Source of the DNA: Atractiella rhizophila
Lineage: Eukaryota
DNA: 20,000 bases
Direction of reading: 5' to 3'
Assembly (NCBI GenBank): GCA_021432655.1
Contig: MU271227.1
Span: 61,354-81,353, forward strand
Shown here piece by piece: positions 10,507-20,000 of this stretch. Position 1 is the stretch's first letter. The number at the start of each line of letters is the position of its first letter. A program made the position numbers and the translations under genes. The notes beneath the pieces were generated by a model that was not told the DNA's origin, searched no databases, and saw only the letters and a program-made list of their open reading frames with translations.

Positions 10507-10573
10507 GCCTTCCTATCCTTGCTACCAAATATTTCACCGTTTTCCCTAAACAACTATCGTGAATCGTGACAAA

Positions 10574-11023
10574 ATGGCTGAACGTGAGTCTTGTCCAAGC
10601 ACTGCGACAATATCTGATTACAATGGATCAGCCACCGAGCCTCCTTCTGCCTTCTCATCCGCTCTCTCCTGGATAATTTCCGCCACTCCCCCTCCTCCGG
10701 AAGCCGAATCCTCTCGTCCGCCTTCTCCCGTCATCAGCGGGCTCAATGGCTCCTTGATCGACGTTTCCGGCCCAGTCTACTGCTCCAGGGTATCCCTCGA
10801 CTCCTGTGCCTCCGACGAGTCTCTCCCTTGCTACTCACCGGCCGTCGGTGTCGGCGCGCCAGTGGACATGCTTCCCCCGGTAAACTTCGAGGTGGTCGTG
10901 GTGAGGGAGACGGAGGATGAGAAGCGGGATAGGATTAAGAGGGAATTTGAGGAGGTCGCGAAGGAAGCGATGATTGAGTATGATCAGTTTTTGGACTTTG
11001 AGTTCACCAAGATGGGGTTGTGA
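10574..11023 (+). CDS. Small hypothetical protein (~133 aa spliced); Ser/Pro-rich N-half, LPCY motif, charged helical C-terminus
   Basis: AAAATGG start context, probable intron 10584-10631 (GTGAGT..CTGAT..CAG, 48 nt), GC3-rich codon usage, ends EDEKRDRIKREFEEVAKEAMIEYDQFLDFEFTKMGL*. Confidence 0.65.
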   Translation: MAERESCPSTATISDYNGSATEPPSAFSSALSWIISATPPPPEAESSRPPSPVISGLNGSLIDVSGPVYCSRVSLDSCASDESLPCYSPAVGVGAPVDMLPPVNFEVVVVRETEDEKRDRIKREFEEVAKEAMIEYDQFLDFEFTKMGL

Positions 11024-11751
11024 GTTATTTGTTGTGTTCCTACAAGTGATTGGTCTACGATGATTGTGTCGGTGAAACGAATTCGTTTAAGATGTTTGTG
11101 TTGGTATTTTTGCATTGTTGAATAGTCGAAGTTTCGCTTTACTCTTTTGTCACGATAACTCGTTATGCTACTATGTGCACATGACCCTTGTTCTCAATCC
11201 TCTTCTTTCTCTATTTGGTCACTTGGAATCGTTCCAGCTTCCAGCTTGAAGTACCTTATTTGTATCCACCTTACGAATTCGCCAAGTGTTGCAGAATATC
11301 ATTCATTGGCGCCGCCGAGCAATTCTGCAGACCTCCTGAGTGTATGTCGTAGACTTCACTTGGTTGAACATCATGATAGATTGGGCATTTCAAAATCGAA
11401 GGCGTCGTGACTTTCTCACGTACTCAGCCCTCGTCTGTACCGATTCATAGCCTGAGAGTATCAAGTGTGAACAAACAGCAGAGTGCCCAACCGCTTCGAT
11501 TTGTCAATGGGCTTTCTCTGGCTCAATCATAACCAGCAGAGTTTGAAGTTAGTCCTATGAATCCTATTGAAAGTGATATCGTTCCAAGTCGTGGATTCGT
11601 CATGACACTACAGTATACCAACCTGGAATCAGGCGTAAGGTGGCCTCTACTCATTCTACTAAACCTCGATTCCTCATTTTATTGGTATGGCAACTCGGAT
11701 CGAGGACCATCACGCCAAACAAAATACGAAGTTAGAGCCAACTGTCATCTA

Positions 11752-12868
11752 TTACTCCTTCTTAGGTACAGTAGGCACTTTCCAAGTCTTCTGTCCCCAC
11801 CTCCCAAGTAAATAGTTAGCTCTAATAACCGCCAAATCCCTCGCCATAACCAAGCTATCCCAAACGACATCGACCTTCGACCCGGCTATCTCTTTCCACC
11901 TGACGCCGACCTCAGACACGGGTATGCGGTTGAGGGAAGCGAGGATGAGGATCTCGCAGTCGAAGATCCAACGTTCGGTGTGCATGTAAGGGAAGATGAG
12001 GAGGGCGGAGGAGCGGGAGAAGAGCTTGAAGCCGCATTGGGTGTCGCGGATGTGGGAGAGGCCGAGGAGGAGGAGGTAGAGGTGGAAGAGACGCATGAGC
12101 AGGTTGCGTAGAACCGATCTCTGCATTCGTTTCATCGTGTTGTTAATTATACGGTATGAAAATGAAGATAGAAGATAGATGAGGGAGAGGCTGGGACAGA
12201 CCTTGACCACCGCCTCTGTATTGACTAGATGTGCTCTGGAGCCAATCACCACCGCGGGCTTCTGCTCTCCCTTTCCTCCTTTTGCGCTAGACTGATGCTC
12301 CATCATAACCTCCCACAGCTTCTGAAGGTCCCCAAAAGCCGTCGCACCATCCGCATCCACAAACAGAGCATACTCTCCACGAGCATGCATCATGCCATGT
12401 CTGACCGCACCTCCCTTCCCTCTATTCCTCTCCAACTTGACAACCCGCATGCGTTCTCCGATCCCCAACTGCGTCGCTAGTTCCAAGGCTAAAGCTGCGG
12501 TTCCATCGGACGACCCGTCGTCAACTAAGAGGAACTCGTAGCTCTTGATGGGACAGGAGGACGAGGTGAGGTAGGAGAGTGCGTCGCGCAACATGTGCGG
12601 GAGACGAGAGACTTCGTTGTAGGCGGGAACGATGATGGAGAGCTCGATCGAGGGCTTGTCGAAGAGTGAGGGCAGGGGTTGGGCGGTGGAGGAGGTGGAA
12701 GTGATGTAGGTCAGCTCTGAGGGGAAGGGGTCCCTTGGGGATGGGGAGAAGGTGGTAAGGAGGACATAGGCCTGGATGGACGGTCAGATTGGAGACAGAA
12801 TGACACGTAGGACAGACAATGAGTGGTACTGCGGCGAGAACGGAAAGCAGGAGGGCGACATTGTCCAT
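11752..12868 (-). CDS. ALG5: Dolichyl-phosphate beta-glucosyltransferase (GT2), 3 exons, ~329 aa
   Basis: Exons 12868-12818, 12771-12202 and 12120-11752. N-terminal TM, LSIIVPAYNE, LVDDGSSDGT, NRGKGGAVRHG, FVDADGA, GSRAHL, DTQCGFKLFSR, WIFDCE and EIAGSK are the ALG5 motif set. Confidence 0.95.
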
Positions 12869-13732
12869 GGACAGATTATATAATGGTATTGGCTGGCAGA
12901 CAAAGGAAAGATTGATAAACGACTTGGTAATATTTTGTTTTTAATCCTGTTATGTGCGATCTTTGGACGTGTTCTCAAATGGAAATCCGTGGAAATAACA
13001 TGCTGAACATCATGACTCATACCTTCCTGTTGTCAAACGTACAACGATATAGCAACAAAATTGAAAAACCACGAATACCCGAAAGGATACACCGAATGAT
13101 GAATGCAGCTCGCGACTTGAACATTTCCATCGCGAACCAAGTTGCGAAGGAACGCGTCCCCAAGCTCATAACGACGTATCCAAACGCTAAACAACACCCA
13201 AGCACCGCGACTGCCGAGGTCGAAATCGTTCATGAGGAAGCTGGGATAGACAGCTGCCCGATGTGCGCTTGACCTGGAATTGTGGTCAGAGACAGTCACA
13301 GTTGTAATATATTAACTACCCTCAACCATCATACAGCCCATCCAACGTTGCCATCATTCGTGTGAGTTTGCTCGCCGTCATCCCAGGCTGAAGCGCTGAA
13401 GCTACATATAGAAATCAGGCCTCTACTTAGTTCAGACATTACCAATCTTAAAATCATACAAGAGAGCTCAGAAGGCGACTTATCTTGTTGTTGATACGGT
13501 AGGGATGTTATGTTTGGATATATTCATACTCTAACAGTCAACTTTGAAGGGGAGATATATTAAAACGAAACAAACCGAAGGTACTAACATTAGGACCTGG
13601 AGAAGCCGGTAAGCTCGCCTCCGTACCACTTTCAGTCCATATCCCTCGAAAGCTGATGACCTTCCAGCCAGTGAGACCGCTTTTCAAGTTTAAACGCTAG
13701 ATCTGAAGAAGTCGACACGACAGAAGGGCAGC

Positions 13733-16320
13733 ATGAGCGACCCATCCTCAAGTGAAGCAGGTCCATCTCGACTCCACAATGTCCTCCAAACTCCGGAGCC
13801 ATCATTTTCGGTCGATGATGGACCGTCAGCGTCGTCGTCAGCTCCTGTGAAGAAGAAGCGGAAGAGCAGGAAGGAGGCGACGCCAATCACCTATGCCTGT
13901 ATGTAGACCTCCTCTCTCCATCCGTTGCTGGACGATGCTGACTGTATCGTCTTTATGGGATGTGCTAGGCGAGTACTGCCGTTCTCTCAAACGAAAGTGA
14001 GCTCTCATGTCGAGCCTCTGTACGTCGCATGAGTGATGCTGATCCAGTGGAACAGATGCATCAAAGTGGAGAACCTGGAGCCACCCATTTGCACTCTTTG
14101 TCAATCCCGTGGCGTGGAGTGCGTCATCTCTCTCCGATCATTACCACTGAACCTTTATAACCGAAATGCAGATGCGTGTTCACTCGACGAAAGAACGAGA
14201 AAGGGACTACCTTCCGTACCAAATACGTCTCCGCCTCAAGTGGGACGACGAGGGAAGACCGCTCCTCTTGTTCCTCGTCCTCCCCTCCAACCTACAACAC
14301 CCTCATCATCCCGGCTGAAGACAAGCTTTCTCGTCTGGAAATCGAAGGTTCCATCACATCACATCTCCTCGAAGAAGCTTTCAAGCAGCATCCGATGAGG
14401 TTGAGCAGCACATTGTTCGATGGACAATTGATCAGGACGTGGGAGAGGAGAGGGAGGGAGGCTAAGTTGATGGGAAAATATGGGGAGGTGAGGATTATTT
14501 AGCCCTCTGAGTGAGTGTGACGGCATACCCACTGCGCTGGGGGGATAGGTATTGATTGCTACCCTTTTGGCTGGTGGCGCCAAATCTTCTGGGTTCGTTT
14601 TCTCGTCTGATCCTCCATTGAAACCTGATGGTCGAACAGGCATCCATCCATCCTTCGGATGTCGGCTCCCACCGCCCCTAACCTCGTAGGAGACATGGTC
14701 ATCTACTCGATAGCTAGAAAGCAAAGCTGTAAATACCTCGAGGAACGAGCAGGGAGGTGAGCATCCCGACACATTTTCCTTCACATCGATGATTTCTGAT
14801 GTATTCTGCAACAGGATGTTTGAAGAATCCGGCGTCTTAACCAAAGACAGCGATTATGAGACATTGGTTGTCCTACTAGAAGTCTTAACACTCATGCAAC
14901 GTAAGTGCTGGTTAAGAACTCCTTGTGATATCGACGTCAACTAACTGAAGATCGTCGTAGGTTCGGGCAAGCAGAAACAAGCCGCCCAGCTTCACAAAAC
15001 CGCCATAACGCATTTTCGGAAACTGCAAAAGGAGAAACCGTCCAATGTCGAACCATCCTCGTTAACCGAGCGTCTGCTCCTCCGACACATCTCCTTCGCC
15101 GTGCTCGTCGCAGATTCTACTCTCTCTCGAAATCTGAGAAACCCTCAACATCTGTACCATTTTTCTGACAGCCTATCCGGTTTGAACCGCTGAGAAATGA
15201 TGGGACAGGACTGAGGACGATATCCAGTACGCCATAACCTCCATCGACCCCACACTCACCCCTCGCTTCACCGTGAGCGCGGACGGGATCATGCATACTC
15301 CTCCCTCGTTCGAATCGCCACATTGGCAGGAAATCGCCGTCGTCGGGGGACTTACATTCCTGCGATCCCACACCACCCTCTTACAGAAGGCCCTCAACAC
15401 GAAAGATCAGGGAGAGGCAGCTCCTCTATTCGAAACTGCCCTTGGTTGGGTTGGTTGGAGGAAGAGATGGGTTGAGGTTAGTATTTCGATACCTGAATAA
15501 CCATGTAAATGAACTCATGAACGCCAGGAACATATGGGTTACGTGAAGGGAGAGGAAAAACGGTGCATGCTCGGACTGGAACGTAAGTTTTCCTTCTCGC
15601 TTCCACCTAGTAGAGATTACATTTGTTGAGATGATTCTCGCGGGATGCAGGATCAGTGTGGATATTCAATGAAGAGACAGAGTTTCCCATACTGGTATTT
15701 TCAGGCTATTCTCACCTTCGAGAATACCTGGACAAGCTCGAAGGAGACGAAGGAGTTCATCCCGAACTCGCACGCGTTTCTTTGGCTTACGAAATGTTGG
15801 TGGAGCGGACGATTGAACAGGTTTTAGAAAAATTGAAGAGGAATCTTCTTGTAAGCTTTTTCGCGAACTTAGATCCAGTGTGACTTCCGACAGCGCTGAT
15901 CTTGATATTTATGAAGGGCACACCGATGACTCCCGACAGTCCAAAAGCGCATCGACATAAATCATTATGTTGGACTTTCTCCCACCTTCGCGGCTTTAAA
16001 GCGTTCATCAAACGTTATGTCAACGCACCAAGTCGTAACGGCGTAGACAGACGTGACGTCGTATTCTGGTGCGGCTTCCCCCCATCCCCCTCTTGCAACA
16101 CGAAGCTGACGAGTTAATGGTTTATTTGTCAAGGCTCTCTGAAAGTTTCAAGCCGGCTGCTTATTTCGATGTCAATTTCTCGTACCTCTCTGTCGAACTC
16201 CTCAGTTATATCGAAGAGAAAAAACCCGAACCGCCGAAATTGGCAGAGATTCCTCCTGACCTAACACATTACTCAAGAACGCTGTTCCCCTTGGAGGACG
16301 TGCGAGCCCCTGAGCCATAG
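13733..16320 (+). CDS. Zn(II)2Cys6 fungal transcription factor, 13 exons
   Basis: The spliced N-terminus reads MSDPSSSEAG...KKKRKSRK...YACEYCRSLKRKCIKVENLEPPICTLCQSRGVECVF, i.e. C-x2-C-x6-C-x10-C-x2-C-x6-C preceded by a basic NLS-like patch. Twelve GT..AG introns (donors at 13899, 13997, 14119, 14488, 14593, 14757, 14902, 15154, 15477, 15583, 15851, 16069) keep an open frame to TAG 16320. Confidence 0.88.
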
Positions 16321-16783
16321 GTCCACTTAGTCCTTCTGTCGAGTCGAAGCTGTAAGCTGTAGTTCTGTTGAAATTTCTGTCGATCTCAAACAATCTCCCA
16401 AGTTGCATGTCGATCATCCGATTATCTCTTCTTGACATCCTGTTCTGTGTTTCTTTGCATTCCGTTCAGCAAAACATGGAAGCAGTATTCATTGAAGCCC
16501 TAAAGAACGCCATATCCATGTGATTGGAATTATTAACTAGTAATTCGCCATATATACACAATACTTGCTGTTTGTGACAGTGCTTTGAAAGAATGAAGGC
16601 GTGCTGCACTAGGACAATGATGAGGTTGGGACTGAAACGAAAGGACAAAGCAATTGCAGTTTAATGACCGACCCTCAAGAAGAAAACGGATGTATACAGA
16701 ACAATAGTGGCCAGCTGTGTGAGTAAAACGGATAAATCTATTGTCCCTTCAAGATAAGTCTAGGCAGTCAGCAAGAAATCAAA

Positions 16784-19700
16784 TTAGCGAAGGAGTTCAT
16801 CCCAAAAGTCAGTGGCAAGATGCTCATCTGGGAAAGAAGGAATAGTCTCCCATTGACCATCCAAGTCGATGGCTCCGAAGTCTTCTTCGTAGTCATCGAT
16901 GTGAGCGAAAGGATGAAACTTGACATTCTTCAAGCCACTGAGGATTTTTTTATGGGTCTGAAAGTAGGTAGGATCGGATAGGAAGTCAGGCGGGTAATCG
17001 AAGCGAAGCCGTGCTCGATTCACGACTATGACAAAATGATGAGCTTGTGCTCCAGGGGCCAAGAACATAAGACACTTACTTCGGTTTAAAAGAATTGCAT
17101 TTCCCGTCCAAGCCGCCAGAGCAGCAACTTTGCAGTCGTAGCGCAGACTAGAATCCACGTCCGGAGGATAGCGAGATATCCGGACAGCAGTCTCGTCAAA
17201 CAAGAGAAACGAAAGGTGAGCCTCAATCATGTTTCGGAAGACAGGTCGCGGCAAGCTCGGCGAGTAAGCAGCATCGGCAAACGGGGGTGATACAAGTCGC
17301 ACGGCATCGAGGAGAAGAGTAGGATCAAATTCAAGGGGATCGAAAGCGAACTTCGCCTTGTATTCGCCGTTGTTTGCTGTGACTGGTTTGTGAAGAGCCC
17401 AGCAGTCCGTGTGCTCCGGTTCCCATGTTGGTTCCAAGAAAGCATAGCCGCTTTCTTCTTCTGACAAGGAACTGAGGGTTTCGGTAAAGTTACGCTCCGG
17501 CCGTTTATGCGGCAGGTATCGTGTCTGCGAGAAGTAAGGGACGATGTGAGCGGGCAGGAATCGTGCGGTTATCAATTCAGCACTAAGGGACGTTAGGGAT
17601 GAATCTTCCAACAGGAAGCCGGAGAGCGCGAGGATCGTCGCTTTCATCGAGACTTCTTTAGGATCTGTAGACAGAAGTTCTGCATGTTGGTGTCCTTGAA
17701 GTAGTAGACGGCAAGCATGAGCAACTTCAGCTGCAATCTTGACGAGGACGTTCCGTTCAAAGCGGCGCGCGGACTCGTTAATTCTGCGCTTGAATCCCAA
17801 GACGGATACCTCGTCCCAGCTCCACAAATGATCTTTGCTGAAGCCGCAATCGTCTTCGTCGATCTCTCCCTTATGCGTTCTACCCTTTGCCAACTGCTCG
17901 TCTAGTCGTTCAAGAAATCCGGCAATAGCTTTCATTCGGTTAATGTTCCGAAGGACGTTCGCTTCTGTGGAATGCAGCTCTTGCTCTCGACTTCCGCTGA
18001 AGAGACGAAACACCCAACCACCTTGGACCCATGCGTCTGTATCTTCAGGATGCATCTTCTTGTCTGGCTTAATCGATCCCCACGTGTCTGCCGTTAAATG
18101 CTTCTTGTCGTTGACCTCCCACGGAGCGATTCGTTTATCGAGACCACGATTATAAGGAATGGCACCCAATCGCCACAGCAACTCAAGCTTACTGCGATGG
18201 CCATATCGCATAGACTCCTCGTACGACTGATCAGAATCATAACGGAAACCGATTTGTGGTTCTTCTGGAGTCGCTGGGGCCACAAGTTGGAGGACCTCGT
18301 TCAGATCGGTATTTGTTCGTTCGCCGTAAGAAAGAAGGTGAGGGAGCTCGACGGTGTTGTTGGCCACAACCTCACCGTTGTCCGTGAGGCGAGACATGGG
18401 GATAATGGTGTACTTCTTCTTTAGGCGGCCTTCTCCTTTCGCTGCGAGCGATCGCACGAGAGAATACATGGCAGCTGGAGTGAAGAAGCAGTTGCCATCG
18501 AGAGGAAGGATCCAACGGGCGTGCGAAAGGGAACGACCGTGATTCAGAGCGACATTGCGACCACCATTCTACGTCACGGGTCAGCCGGAAATGAGCAAAG
18601 GAGAGTGTAGAGCATACGTTGTTGATGGCATAAATATTCTTCTTCTCGTACGTGAAATCCAAAGCCTTCAGCCTCTCCATCCCTTCCCTCCACTTCTTGT
18701 TCCCCAATAACTCCTCCATATCGCTCTCATTCCCTCTATGCTTGCTCCCCGCTTTACCGATACCCCAAATCCGACTACCCTCCTCAGCTACACCACCTCC
18801 CCAGTTCAAACCCAGCCTCCCATACTCCTCCCAATCAAACTTAATCTCAATAATATGACTCTCTGTCACACCATGTCGATGAAGTAAAGCCATGATTTCG
18901 TCTCGAGCAGCAGTCGAAGAAATCCGATTGAGAACATAATACTTTTCGACTCTTCGGATTGGCGCATATTGAGAAATGTCATCCTTCCGCTCCCTAAACA
19001 GTTCCGGTCCAAACGACCAGTTCTTTTCCTCCTCCAACAAAAACCTAAGGTTGCGGAGAGTCTGACCTGGCATGTGACGCGGTGGAAGGTCGTTGCCAAG
19101 GATGCGATAGACGACGAGGGTATCGCGCTGAGGACTCTCCAACCCTGAATTATTGAGCAGATGTCCATGCTTGAACTCTTCTCGTCCCACATCAGCGAAT
19201 TGAAATTGATCCTTCTTCGCCTTCAAACCGCTACCCAACAAACCAAAAGCAAACCACCACCCTTCAGACCCCGCCGACGATCCCGAACTAGCGATTGAGA
19301 ACCAATGGCGCTTATCCCATCCCTGTTCCGTCCGTCGTCCAAAGATCGAGAAGCAAAGAATGACGAAGCTTCCGAATCCGATGAGCATCAACAACCGGAG
19401 CCCCAACTTCCACCTCTTCCGATTCTTATATCGTCCATAAGTGCCCCAGCTCTCACTGCGAGCCATGACAGTCGTCAAACTCAAATTCCTGGTGTGGTCG
19501 AGCACTCTCTCTTTCCCTTTTCCCTTCCGTCGCGCTGTCGCCCCCATTGCATGGGAGACAGCAGAACTCGAACTCCCACCGGCCCAAAGCATGGGTCGAG
19601 AGGCGGGGAGGGTCGATATAGGTGTGGGTGACGCAGAACGGGAAAGGACTGGAGAGGTTGTAAGACGAGGTTCGAAAAATCGAGACGTGACTGAGGGAGT

Positions 19701-19967
19701 GCTCGTCGTCACCGGCGAAGGGAGAGGTGAAGTGCCAGATGAGGAGGCGAGCTGAAAAAATGAGGTGTTGACATACGGAGACGCTGGTAAAATTTCGGGA
19801 GACGGAGGGACGGATGATGGAGGAGAGGGATATCGAAGCCGTTTTGGGGACGCCGATTGCCAAAATGAGGGAGATGGAGGAGGTTGGAGGGATGTACGGT
19901 CGTCATCGTCTGTGATCATAAGACTGACTGCCCGTGTTGGCGATGGAGGAAGTGGAACTCCAACCAT
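16784..19967 (-). CDS. Type II membrane protein, at least 1044 aa: Ser/Pro-rich N-terminus, one TM, GT-A-like domain (YRILGNDLPPRH family), degenerate alginate-lyase-like C-terminal region; may start beyond the window
   Basis: The 531-aa and 561-aa ORFs are joined by intron 18617-18569 (GTATGC..GCTGAC..TAG), giving KNIYAINN-NGGRNVALNHGR...WILPLDGNCFF. TM is LGLRLLMLIGFGSFVILCFSIF. Other motifs: YRILGNDLPPRHMPGQTLRNLRFLL, EEPQIGFR, YGHRSKLELLWRLG. The frame stays open from 19967 to the window edge. Confidence 0.8.
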
Positions 19968-20000
19968 ACCAGGTACTGGCAGAGAATTGGGTCGTGATGG

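Noticed and set aside
11165..11750. Short ORFs between the 10574 gene and ALG5
   Set aside because: I could not build a coherent spliced gene; probably convergent 3' UTR or intergenic sequence.
12952..13299. Overlapping 62-106 aa ORFs between ALG5 and the transcription factor
   Set aside because: No motif or convincing splice structure; the region is the divergent promoter.
6358..19967. A functional gene cluster (transporter + ALG5 + Zn2Cys6 TF + GT-like enzyme)
   Set aside because: ADP1 and ALG5 are housekeeping genes, there is no biosynthetic backbone enzyme, and no shared promoter motif was seen. Adjacency alone is not evidence.
1..20000. Prokaryotic-type systems (CRISPR arrays, operons, IS elements)
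   Set aside because: The window is spliceosomal-intron-containing fungal DNA, with no spaced repeats or transposase/RT motifs.

Overview
Eukaryotic, intron-rich fungal DNA, probably a basidiomycete (introns mostly 46-81 nt, CTRAY-like branch points). The ORF track is therefore fragmentary and genes were rebuilt by hand from splice signals. Eight protein-coding genes are supported: (1) a 5-exon NXT1/p15 mRNA-export factor (293-1911, -), absent from the ORF track, with an anomalous 979-nt last intron; (2) a PPxY- and CaaX-bearing uncharacterised protein (2306-3657, +) with a frame break near 2515; (3) a Ser/Pro/Arg-rich disordered protein (4196-6144, +); (4) an 11-exon ADP1-type ABCG half-transporter with a Cys-rich N-terminus (6358-10212, -) and an oversized 516-nt first intron; (5) a small unknown protein (10574-11023, +); (6) ALG5 (11752-12868, -); (7) a 13-exon Zn2Cys6 transcription factor (13733-16320, +); (8) a type II membrane protein with a GT-A-like domain and an apparently degenerate alginate-lyase-like C-terminus (16784 to at least 19967, -). 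No tRNA, rRNA, CRISPR array or recognisable transposon was seen. The best leads are the two oversized introns with hairpins (especially in NXT1), the GT/pseudo-lyase fusion and the PPxY+CaaX protein. All family assignments come from motif recognition, not database searches.
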